From a virus (taxonomy: Duplodnaviria; Caudoviricetes): a DNA stretch of 58,439 bases. A model generated the notes under the pieces. The model saw nothing but the letters and a program-made list of their open reading frames with translations. It made no database searches and was not told the DNA's origin. Each line of letters starts with the position of its first letter. Position 1 is the first letter of the stretch. The stretch lies in IMG/VR virus record IMGVR_UViG_3300034091_000288, positions 1 to 58,439 of that record; one strand, 5' to 3'. This document shows, piece by piece, positions 9,865-18,185 of the stretch. The translations under genes and the position numbers were made by a program.

Positions 9865-10220
9865 GTTCCCACCTTGCTGCGGTCGTCGAGCCACACGAAT
9901 TCGCCGTGCTCGCCCACCGGAAAGTGCCCCCGGCAATGCACGCAGAACGTCCCGCCGTAGTAGTGGGGATCGCGCGCATAGGTCTCGGCGATGGCCTCGC
10001 TCATCGTCGTTTCCGTGCCGCACTTCAGGTGCTCATAGGTCCGCCGCACCGGGCGGATGAAGCCCTTCCTGCGCTCCGCTTCGGTGAGCACCCAATAAGC
10101 TCGGTGCTGCCCCGTGGCGGGATTGACGGGCTGGGGCGCGGCGGCGTGCTCGTGATCGGGTGCGGGCGGCTTGCCGTCGGTGGTCGTGCTCAGCGCACGC
10201 TTTTCCGGGTCCATGTTCAT
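9861..10220 (-). CDS. Phage protein, putative Zn-binding
   Basis: MNMDPEK...HLKCG...TFCVHC; RBS; overlaps next start. Confidence 0.6.
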   Translation of the reverse strand: MNMDPEKRALSTTTDGKPPAPDHEHAAAPQPVNPATGQHRAYWVLTEAERRKGFIRPVRRTYEHLKCGTETTMSEAIAETYARDPHYYGGTFCVHCRGHFPVGEHGEFVWLDDRSKVGT

Positions 10221-10225
10221 CCTCC

Positions 10226-11173
10226 CTAGGCCAGCGCCGTAAGCGTGTACGCGACCATGACGCGCTCGACTTCGGGCGGCAGCTCCCAATCGCGGAAGCT
10301 GATGGTGCCGGCGCCCGCTGCCATCGCCTGCGACCGCTGGTCGATCCAGTTGCGGCGCTTGTAATTCAAGGCGACCATCTGCGTGCAGGCGAGCTGGATG
10401 TCCGCGGGCGTGCCGTGAAAGCCCGCCGTGTACTGCACGTTGATGTTCAGGATGCCCTTGACGAAGCGCGGGCCGCCGAACGTCGACCACATGCCGAAGG
10501 CGTTCAGGTCGGCGAACCCGCCCGAGCCGGGCCGCAGTTGCAGGCTCTTGCCGTCGCCGGAGATCGCCCAGCCCATGACGCCGAAGGCCGTGGACTGGTT
10601 CATGGCCACGTTGCCGATGGTGAGCGCCTGGACCGACTGGATGGGCGTCTGCCGCAGGAACATCTGAAACGAGCCGTTGCCCGAGTACCATTCGTTGAAG
10701 GCGATGGGCACGACGAGCGGGGACTGCGTGGGGATGTCGCCGTTCGCGGGCAGCCGGCCCGTGCGCCACAGCCAGTAGAGCGAAGCCGCCGAGATGCAGG
10801 CCACGATGTTCTGGTCGTCATCCGTGCTGGTGATGCCGATCCAACTGCGCACCGCCGCGAGCGTGGTGAGGTTGAGCGGGTCCAGGATGGTGAGCAGGGA
10901 ATAGTCGGTAAAGGTGTGCCCGCCGACGGAAAGGATGACGGTCTCGAGGACGATGTACTCGCCCGCCGTGCCCCCGTGCAGCGTGAGGCTCACCTGCGTG
11001 GGCTGGGTGGCGATGGCCGAACTGACCACGACGGCGGCGGTGACGTTCGCCTGGGTCGTGGCGTCCGTGGCGGCGACGCTGGTGATGCTGGCGATGGTGT
11101 CCGGGCCGAGCTGCGCGGTGAAGTCGATGAGGACGGTGATCTGGTCGGAAGCCTGCTTGGTGAACTCGCTCAT
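10226..11173 (-). CDS. Head-tail adaptor with extra N-terminal beta domain
   Basis: LTTLAAVRSWIG, YTAGF..TPADIQLAC motifs in C-terminal two-thirds. Confidence 0.8.
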   Translation of the reverse strand: MSEFTKQASDQITVLIDFTAQLGPDTIASITSVAATDATTQANVTAAVVVSSAIATQPTQVSLTLHGGTAGEYIVLETVILSVGGHTFTDYSLLTILDPLNLTTLAAVRSWIGITSTDDDQNIVACISAASLYWLWRTGRLPANGDIPTQSPLVVPIAFNEWYSGNGSFQMFLRQTPIQSVQALTIGNVAMNQSTAFGVMGWAISGDGKSLQLRPGSGGFADLNAFGMWSTFGGPRFVKGILNINVQYTAGFHGTPADIQLACTQMVALNYKRRNWIDQRSQAMAAGAGTISFRDWELPPEVERVMVAYTLTALA

Positions 11174-11182
11174 GGCGAGACT

Positions 11183-11211
11183 ACTTTGCGCGGCAGGATT
11201 TGAACTTGCAA
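11183..11211 (-). promoter_or_regulatory. Putative late promoter, very short leader
   Basis: TTGCAA-gttcaaatcctgccgcg(17)-CAAAGT, 9 nt before ATG. Confidence 0.45.
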
Positions 11212-11212
11212 G

Positions 11213-11476
11213 TCAAAGGTTGCGCCCGTAGGTGGGAGGGTTGCCGCGCTTCACCAGGAGGTCCGGGTAGGCGGTGCGCAGGATGTCTTTGGCGGCCGCG
11301 TCGTGATCGTAGCCGTAAAACTTCAAAGTGGCCAACAGCCCGCGCGCGATGGAGTCCAGCCCGACGCGGCCAAAGCACGCCCACACCACGGCGCAGAAGA
11401 TCCAGCCCTTGATAAACCAAAAAGGCCGCACGAGGCGGCCTCTTGGGTCGAGTTTTTGGCCTACAGCTTTGCCCAT
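11213..11476 (-). CDS. Small hypothetical membrane protein
   Basis: Fills gap, co-oriented, one hydrophobic segment. Confidence 0.45.
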   Translation of the reverse strand: MGKAVGQKLDPRGRLVRPFWFIKGWIFCAVVWACFGRVGLDSIARGLLATLKFYGYDHDAAAKDILRTAYPDLLVKRGNPPTYGRNL

Positions 11477-11491
11477 TGATCGGCGAAGCTC

Positions 11492-12514
11492 CTAGCTCGG
11501 GGGCTGCATCGCCAGGACCTGAGACTGCACCGGCCCGGCCAGGTAAATCTGGCCCTGCGTGGTCAGGTCCGAGTAGATGGCCGAGATTCCGGTCGCTTGG
11601 CAGTTGTCGAGCAGAATTTCTCCGCCCGTCGCCGCGCCCAGCGTCGCCAAAGCTGCCAGCAACGCGCCGCCCGCCTCGGTCGCGGAATTAAGGAACCGGC
11701 ACCGCGTAAACAAGTTCCAGCGGTCCATCGTGTGCGTGGCTCCGGCGTAGATCATCAGGGCTGCCGTCCCCCCGCCGGTCACATAGATCGGGAAAATGCA
11801 GTCCTCGAAGATGTTGCGCACCGCGTAGCTCGCAAACTCCAGGGAAGCATTCAGCGCCGTGCGGGCCGTGGTGTCCACTCCGATCGTGGATTTCCGGAAA
11901 AGGTTCTCGCCCGTGCTTCCCGAAACCAGGAGGTTCCGGCTGCCGGTGTCGCCCGCGGCCGTCCCGCCGATCATCCCGGCGATGTGGCACCGGTCGAAGA
12001 CGTTGCGGCCGCCCGTCACCGTCATGCAAATTTCGGCGGCGGTTCCGGCGGAGAAGTCCGTGACGAATTCGAGGTTGCTGAAAAGGCAACCGTTGCCCGA
12101 GACCGTGAAGAAGTTGGCGAACGCGGTGGCGGTGGCGCTGGGTGCGATCCGCGCCCGCTGCGAGATTAAGCCCGGAGCGCAAGCGCCAACCATGTGCGCG
12201 GCGTCCTTGGCCCAAGTGAAGCCCGCCGTGAGACGTGCCGAGCCAGCCGCTAGGCCATTGCCGATCAGGACGAGCACATCGTTGTGCCCTTCGAGCAGCA
12301 GGGCATAGCCTGCGGCCAGCGTTTGCACGGCGGCCCCGGGCGAAGTGCCGCTGTTGGTGTCCGCGCCATTCACGGGGTCGAGGTAGTACACGTTCCCCGT
12401 GGTGATCCCGAGCCCGCCGGCCACGATCTGGTTGAGGATGGCCGTGGTCGACTCCAGGTTCGAGACGCGCTGGAAGAAATCAGTTTCCGTGTTCGGGTTG
12501 ATGGTCGGTGGCAT
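11492..12514 (-). CDS. Head spike/decoration protein with beta-helix domain
   Basis: YYLDPVNGAD.NSG..P..A.QTL start typical of parallel beta-helix proteins; N-terminal anchor shared with neighbours. Confidence 0.7.
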   Translation of the reverse strand: MPPTINPNTETDFFQRVSNLESTTAILNQIVAGGLGITTGNVYYLDPVNGADTNSGTSPGAAVQTLAAGYALLLEGHNDVLVLIGNGLAAGSARLTAGFTWAKDAAHMVGACAPGLISQRARIAPSATATAFANFFTVSGNGCLFSNLEFVTDFSAGTAAEICMTVTGGRNVFDRCHIAGMIGGTAAGDTGSRNLLVSGSTGENLFRKSTIGVDTTARTALNASLEFASYAVRNIFEDCIFPIYVTGGGTAALMIYAGATHTMDRWNLFTRCRFLNSATEAGGALLAALATLGAATGGEILLDNCQATGISAIYSDLTTQGQIYLAGPVQSQVLAMQPPS

Positions 12515-12578
12515 GATGAGCCTTCCTTTTTTCGAAGTTAGGCCCCGCCGCTCCGCAGGGTTCTTACGCGCTCAGAGC

Positions 12579-13028
12579 TTAGGCCGCCGCCAGCGTGCAG
12601 TGCAGCGGAGTGTCCACGACGTACCAGTAGCCGCCGTAAGCCTGGAGCGTGCAGCAGCCGCCAAGCTGCGCGGCAAACTGGAGCTGGTCCTTGGGCGTGC
12701 CGGTCCCGTCGAGGATCTTCCCCGACGCCGTGGTGACGGTGTTGAGCTGGGCGGCGCCGTTGAAGACGCGAAGCAGTTTGCCGTCATCCGTGCCGGGCGT
12801 GGGCGTCGCGAGCAGCGCGGCATCCACGTTGCCGGAGCGGGCCAGGATGGCCGTTCCGGGATAGGCGATCTGGTCGGCTGCCGCCGAGTACACGACGGGC
12901 GGAGTTTGCACGGTGCCTTGGAAGACCGGGCTCGCGGTGCCGTTGTTCAGGCCCGCCGCGAAGCAGGCCGCTTCGAGGTTCGCGAGCCGCGTGAAGAGAT
13001 CGGTTTCAACATTGGCATTGACGGACAT
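12579..13028 (-). CDS. Capsid decoration protein paralog 2
   Basis: Paralog of 13043-13489. Confidence 0.65.
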   Translation of the reverse strand: MSVNANVETDLFTRLANLEAACFAAGLNNGTASPVFQGTVQTPPVVYSAAADQIAYPGTAILARSGNVDAALLATPTPGTDDGKLLRVFNGAAQLNTVTTASGKILDGTGTPKDQLQFAAQLGGCCTLQAYGGYWYVVDTPLHCTLAAA

Positions 13029-13042
13029 TGCGGTCCTCCGGG

Positions 13043-13489
13043 TTAAGTCAGTCCAGCGTTCAACGGTGTGCCCCGCACGAGCCAGGTGCCGTTGTAAGCC
13101 TCCAGGGTGATGCAGCCGCCCTGGTCGGCGGCAAACGTGATGATGTGCTTGTTCGCGCCCGTGCCATCGACGATGCAGGTGCTCGCGGTCGTCACGGTGT
13201 TGGCATAGCCGTTGCCGTTGAAGATGCGGATCACCTTGCCGTCATCGGTCCCGGCCACGGGCGTGGCCAGGGTAGCCTGGTCCACCGCGCCCGAGTGCGC
13301 CAGCATCGCCGTGCCCGGATAAGCCAGGGCGTCGGTCGCGCCGGTATAGAGCGTGATGGCGTTCTGGACGCTGCCTTGAAAGGCCGGGGGCAGCGTGTTG
13401 TTGGCTTGCGGGAAGCACGCCGCTTCGAGGTAGCTGAGCCGCGCGAAAAAGTCCGTCTCGTTATTCGGGTTGACGGCAGGTCCAGACAC
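13043..13489 (-). CDS. Capsid decoration protein paralog 1
   Basis: Directly after capsid gene; LATPVAGTDDGK...ITLEAYNGTW. Confidence 0.65.
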   Translation of the reverse strand: MSGPAVNPNNETDFFARLSYLEAACFPQANNTLPPAFQGSVQNAITLYTGATDALAYPGTAMLAHSGAVDQATLATPVAGTDDGKVIRIFNGNGYANTVTTASTCIVDGTGANKHIITFAADQGGCITLEAYNGTWLVRGTPLNAGLT

Positions 13490-13554
13490 GGGAGTCTCCT
13501 AGCTCTGGGCCCCGCCCGAAGAGCGAGGCCCCGATCAAGGTTGCGAGCGTCCGC

Positions 13555-15102
13555 CTAGCTCGTGCGGACGGTGCTGCCGATCCCCGTCAGCACACCCAGC
13601 CCGAAGGGGATGTAGTGCTGCATGGTCTCGAAAGCATAGACGCCGACTTCGTGCTGCAAGCGACGATAGGGCCACTTGATCGAGAAGTGGTCTTCCAGGG
13701 TCGCGATGCGCCGCACCGCCGGAATGGCGTTTCCGGCAGCCGGGAAGGGGTTGTTGACCAGATCGGCCAGCAGGACGCCCTGGGGAATCCAGGGGTGAGT
13801 CTGCACGTCGAGCTGCTTCATCTGGCCGGGACCGAATTTCGAGCGGTAGGCGACGGCGAAGGAGCCGCCCACGACGCGCCCTGCGGTATCCTGCTCCAAG
13901 AAGACCCGCATGACGTTGTTGGACGCGCCCGAGCCCAGCACGGCTTTCGAGAACGAGTCGATGAGGTTGCCGCCCAGCCAGAGTTTGTCGGGCGTGATCT
14001 TGTAGCTGAGCCAGAAGAAGTCCATCATGGCTTCGATTTCCTTGATCGTCCCATCGCCGTTCGTCGTGAAGCCAAGTCCGCCCAGGTCCGCCCAGTAGGA
14101 CTTGCTCGGGCTCGCGGCCGAGTAGTTGGCCGCCCAAGTGAAGAGTCCGTCGAAGTCGAGCGTGTTGGCGGAGCAGTCATTCGTCAGAGCGCTCGTGTGG
14201 TTCGGCGAATCCAGCGCCTGGTTGGAGCTGACCGGCACCGTCGCGATGGTATAGGTGGGCGCCGAAGTGCTCGCCATGAAGTAGGCGTTGGCCGTGGTGG
14301 GTGTGGCGTTGACGGAACAATACCACGCATAGCCGAGTGCGCCCGCGACGGGCGTGACCGTGGCGACCGCCGAAGGGCTGCCGCTGCCCGCCATCGCCCC
14401 GCCGTTGCCGGAAGAGCCGATGGCCGACGTCCCGCCGTTGATGGTGTCCGTCGAGCCGTCCGCGTTCTGGCGGGTGTAGGGCAGTTGCACGCCCGTGGTC
14501 CCGCACATGAGCACGCCCCAGCCGGTGAGGGCGATACACCAAACCGTGGCGGTCAAACTTTGCAGGCCCGCCACTCCGCCCGTGGCGCTGTTCACCACGG
14601 TGGGCGTGGGCCCGGCTCCGAACTGGAAGCCGTTGCCGCTGGAGCCCGAGTTGCCGAAGAGGATGGCGCGCTCTTCGTCGTTGAGCAGCGCGTTCAGCAT
14701 GGAGATTTGGGCCAAACCAATATTATCTTCGAAGCCCAAACCCATCTGCTGCGCGGGGAAGGACACCTGGGTTTCTTTGCCGAGGAACTTGTAGTTCGCG
14801 GCATAGTCCTTCTCCTGGATTTTCATCACGGAGTTGCGGTTCCCTTCCGACGTGAAGGGGTACCCGCCGTTGTCGATGGCGATCACGGCCTTCCAGTTGA
14901 CCGCCGGACCTCCGACGACGACGCCGTTAAACGTAGGCTGGAAGCGCGGGATCGACGCGAGCAACGGGTAGAAAACAGGGTAGATCGTTTTTGCGGTGGG
15001 CTCCAGATAATAGAAATTGAGTTGAGTCCCCGAGGTAATACCGGTAGTCGTCGCGTCTTTGCGCAGCGCCTGAATGGTGTTGAGGATGTCTCCGAGTTGC
15101 AT
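13555..15102 (-). CDS. Major capsid protein with Ser/Thr/Gly-rich insertion domain
   Basis: Start reassigned to MQLGD; YYLEPTAKTIYPVFYPL..SIPR, DEERAILFGN, HPWIPQG; follows scaffold. Confidence 0.85.
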   Translation of the reverse strand: MQLGDILNTIQALRKDATTTGITSGTQLNFYYLEPTAKTIYPVFYPLLASIPRFQPTFNGVVVGGPAVNWKAVIAIDNGGYPFTSEGNRNSVMKIQEKDYAANYKFLGKETQVSFPAQQMGLGFEDNIGLAQISMLNALLNDEERAILFGNSGSSGNGFQFGAGPTPTVVNSATGGVAGLQSLTATVWCIALTGWGVLMCGTTGVQLPYTRQNADGSTDTINGGTSAIGSSGNGGAMAGSGSPSAVATVTPVAGALGYAWYCSVNATPTTANAYFMASTSAPTYTIATVPVSSNQALDSPNHTSALTNDCSANTLDFDGLFTWAANYSAASPSKSYWADLGGLGFTTNGDGTIKEIEAMMDFFWLSYKITPDKLWLGGNLIDSFSKAVLGSGASNNVMRVFLEQDTAGRVVGGSFAVAYRSKFGPGQMKQLDVQTHPWIPQGVLLADLVNNPFPAAGNAIPAVRRIATLEDHFSIKWPYRRLQHEVGVYAFETMQHYIPFGLGVLTGIGSTVRTS

Positions 15103-15190
15103 CGCAGTCTCTCCCTTTGTCTCAGGCGCGCGCTCCTCGCGCCCCAAAATTCAGAACCAAAAACCTAACGCACGCTGGCTTGAGGGAGCC

Positions 15191-17554
15191 CTAGCGGCCC
15201 CCTCCCATCTTTGCGAGCACGCCGTCGCCGCCCATCAAGTGCGAGGGGACGGGCGAAGACTTGATGCTGCGTGCCATCTTCAACAGCTCGGTGGGATCGC
15301 CCTGGCCGAGGGCTTTCTTCACGTCGGCCGCAGGCACCACCGCGGTGTTGTCCTTGTTCACGTCGCCTTCCTTCGGGCCGGCGGGCAAGGTCTGCTGAAT
15401 GCCCGTCTTGACCACCTGGTTGCGGTCGCCGATCCCGCCCGCAGGCTCGCCCTGGACCGAAGCCATGGGGTCGCCGCCCGCGAGCGCCACGGCGATCTTC
15501 ATCATGGTGTCGAGGTTGGCTTCGTTGGCTTTCTGGACGGCCTTCTCGACGCCTTCGTTGACGAGCTTGGCCACGTCTTCGAGCGTGAGGCTCTTTTCGT
15601 TCGGGTGCGGAGAGCCCGGGTAGTTGCCTTGCGTGGCGTCGACGGAAACCGAGGCGCTCGCCGGAGCGTCGGAGCGGCCCGTGCCGATGTCGCCGCTGGT
15701 GACGCTCGTCGCGCCCGCCGCCTTGAGGGCCTTGTCGATGGCCGCGCACGCGCCGTCGAGATGCCCTTTGTGGAGCATCGTGGCCTTGGCGTGAAAGGCG
15801 GTGTGCAGCGCCTTCAAACCGTTCAGGTGGTCACCGACGGACCGGGCTTTGGCCAGCAGGTCGTCCGCTGCTTTCTGAAGTTCTTCGGGGGTCATGGTCT
15901 TGTCTCCTTTTGCGGCCAAACTCGCCGCTTGATCTTGAAGTTCGCGGTTCTCTTCGGTGACCAGGGAGGTCACGGCCTTGAGGGCGTGGTCGAGCAAGGT
16001 GGGCAGGTCCTCCGGGCCGCCGTCTTCCTGGGCGGCCGCCTGCAAAGTGGTCACGGTCTGGACGACTTCCTGGAGCTGCTCGGCTTTCCACAGCCCCGCC
16101 TTTTGCACACCGAGGGGATCGGTGAGGAATTGCACGGCGCGCAAGAGCTTGCCGGCCTCGTCCGACACCTCGATGCCAAACTTCTTCGCGGCGCGCTTGA
16201 TGCGGGCCAGCACGGCGGCTTCCTGCGCCGCGGGAATGCCCTTGTGCTGTCCCCACCGCGCCAGCGCGTTGCGGGCGTGGTTCGCATCGTGCACCGGATA
16301 CTTCCACGTGCTCGGGTCGGTGCGGTCGCCCACGTAAGCGAAGGCGGACGCCGGCAGATCCTTGTCGCCCACGCGCTTCGTCTTCGCGTCCTTCTTGAGC
16401 CCGCCGCCGTGCGCCGCATCTTCCAGGTCGTCGACATCCGCGTCGCATTCGGGGCAGCGCTCATCGTCGTCATCCAGCTCAGCCCCGCATTCCGGACAGC
16501 GCCGCTTGCGCTTCTCGACCTTGCCGACCTCGACGTATTGCTGGCGCACTTCCACGGGCTCCGCGAAAGTGACTTCGCCGTTGTCCGCGAGCGTGTAGGG
16601 AACTTTCCAGGTTTTGTCCCCGTAGTCCACGATCACGTAATCGTCGGTGAAGTCGCGCACCCAGGCGTAGGTGCCGCTGCTCGGCGCGCCCAGGTCGCGC
16701 GGGGCCGTCGAGTACTTGTCGGTCACCGCGTTGCGCAGCACGCGCCCTCTTTCCTCGTTGGTGAGGTCCGCGGGCTGCTTCGCCTTGCTCACCAGCAGCG
16801 CCTTCACGGCGGCGGCGGCCGCTTTCTCCGCCATCGACCCGCCCACGATCTCCGCCTTGCAGGCCGCGCACAGCGTGTCGCCGCTGGCGCCCTTGAACGC
16901 CTTGCCGCACTTCGCGCACTTCATCTCCGTCGTGGCGGTGGGATCGACGGGAATTTTTTCGCCGCCCAGCGTCGTGTCGCCGTACGGGCCGGGCACCACC
17001 GCGCCGGGCTTGGGGTCCGGCGGCGTGGCCTTCACGAACTTGCGCATCTCCGTCGTGCCGTCCGCCTTCACGATCTGGAAGCGCGCGTCCTTGAGGCAGG
17101 GCGAATCGACGAGCGAAATCTCGCCGGGCTTCGCCGTGTAGTAGGTGTACTCCTGGGTCTTCTGCGTGGTGGGGTCCGTCCACAGGCCGCGCCAAGTCTT
17201 GACGTAGCTTCCGCCCTGCGAGAAGCCGGTGTAGACGCCTTCCAGCACTTTCTTCCAGGCGTTGTCATCGACGACCTTGAAGCCCATGCTGATGATCTTG
17301 GCGTCGGTGTCGAAGTCGATGTTCTTGCCCACGCCCACGGCGGAGAGCTGATGCATCTCGCGCAGCGGCGCGATGGACTTGCCATCCGTCGCCTTCGAGA
17401 ACTCTTCGCGCAGGTCTTCGTAGTAGGGCCGCGTCGAGGCGAAGTGGCAGATCTCGTCGTCGCGGTCAGGCCGCTCGGCGGTCACCATGCCATAGACGGT
17501 GTGCGTGGCTTCATCGACCTTGGTGAGTTGGAAGAATTTGCGGAAGTTGTTCGT
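15191..17554 (-). CDS. Prohead protease-scaffold fusion with Zn ribbons and DUF6582-like domain; start uncertain
   Basis: LREMH, GVYTGFSQGG, EISLVDSPC protease motifs; LPASAFAY..KYPVHD.NHARNALAR domain; frame open upstream of ATG 17488. Confidence 0.85.
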   Translation of the reverse strand, partial: TNNFRKFFQLTKVDEATHTVYGMVTAERPDRDDEICHFASTRPYYEDLREEFSKATDGKSIAPLREMHQLSAVGVGKNIDFDTDAKIISMGFKVVDDNAWKKVLEGVYTGFSQGGSYVKTWRGLWTDPTTQKTQEYTYYTAKPGEISLVDSPCLKDARFQIVKADGTTEMRKFVKATPPDPKPGAVVPGPYGDTTLGGEKIPVDPTATTEMKCAKCGKAFKGASGDTLCAACKAEIVGGSMAEKAAAAAVKALLVSKAKQPADLTNEERGRVLRNAVTDKYSTAPRDLGAPSSGTYAWVRDFTDDYVIVDYGDKTWKVPYTLADNGEVTFAEPVEVRQQYVEVGKVEKRKRRCPECGAELDDDDERCPECDADVDDLEDAAHGGGLKKDAKTKRVGDKDLPASAFAYVGDRTDPSTWKYPVHDANHARNALARWGQHKGIPAAQEAAVLARIKRAAKKFGIEVSDEAGKLLRAVQFLTDPLGVQKAGLWKAEQLQEVVQTVTTLQAAAQEDGGPEDLPTLLDHALKAVTSLVTEENRELQDQAASLAAKGDKTMTPEELQKAADDLLAKARSVGDHLNGLKALHTAFHAKATMLHKGHLDGACAAIDKALKAAGATSVTSGDIGTGRSDAPASASVSVDATQGNYPGSPHPNEKSLTLEDVAKLVNEGVEKAVQKANEANLDTMMKIAVALAGGDPMASVQGEPAGGIGDRNQVVKTGIQQTLPAGPKEGDVNKDNTAVVPAADVKKALGQGDPTELLKMARSIKSSPVPSHLMGGDGVLAKMGGGR

Positions 17555-17638
17555 GGTTCGTGTCGGCCGATTCTGTCTCGCGACGGTATCGGCCGCCCTC
17601 CGTCATCAGAACCCCAGCGCTCCTCTGGTACGAATGAA

Positions 17639-17667
17639 ACCCTAGTGGGCCACATTTGAGCGTGCAA
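17639..17667 (-). promoter_or_regulatory. Putative late promoter for protease-capsid operon
   Basis: TTGCAC-gctcaaatgtggcccac(17)-TAGGGT. Confidence 0.55.
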
Positions 17668-17697
17668 GAGAAAAATTTCGTGGTATAAATTTGAGGT

Positions 17698-17892
17698 ATG
17701 GACACCTACCCGGTGATTATCGCGCCGTGCCGAGGCTGTGCGGTCCACAAGACCGTCACGGACCAGTTCGACGGCACGCTTTGCGCCCCTTGCCGGTCGG
17801 AGCGCGGACTCCTGCGCCCGGAGGAAAGCCCTGTCGATTGGGTCGCTTACGAGACCTTGGCGAGCCTGCCGACCGTCGCCCGCATCCAGTAA
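17698..17892 (+). CDS. Small Zn-ribbon protein, moron-like, opposite strand
   Basis: TGgTATAAA -10-like box, GAGGT RBS, CRGC...CAPC; converges on stop at 17895. Confidence 0.65.
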   Translation: MDTYPVIIAPCRGCAVHKTVTDQFDGTLCAPCRSERGLLRPEESPVDWVAYETLASLPTVARIQ

Positions 17893-17894
17893 GG

Positions 17895-18185
17895 CTACTG
17901 ATGCGCCGGGCTGACGGGCGCGGGAGGCTCGATCGGAATGTCGAAATAGAGCGTGCTGCTCTGCCGTTGCCGGGGCAGCCACTCGAACCAGGTGGGGCCG
18001 TCGCTGTCAGCGGTGAGCCGTCGGCCCTCGACCAGCACGGACTCTCCCACCAGCCGTTGCATCCACTCTTCGTTGCCGGGAGTCGCGGTGAACGCGATCT
18101 TTCCCGCCTCGTCCAGCGTGATCGTTCCGCCCTGCACATAGCCGTCCTGGTCGCGGTCGTAGATCATCACGTCGTAAGTTTTCAT
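17895..18185 (-). CDS. Small acidic protein, candidate immunity protein
   Basis: MKTYDV start overlaps MuF-kinase stop (ATGA). Confidence 0.6.
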   Translation of the reverse strand: MKTYDVMIYDRDQDGYVQGGTITLDEAGKIAFTATPGNEEWMQRLVGESVLVEGRRLTADSDGPTWFEWLPRQRQSSTLYFDIPIEPPAPVSPAHQ

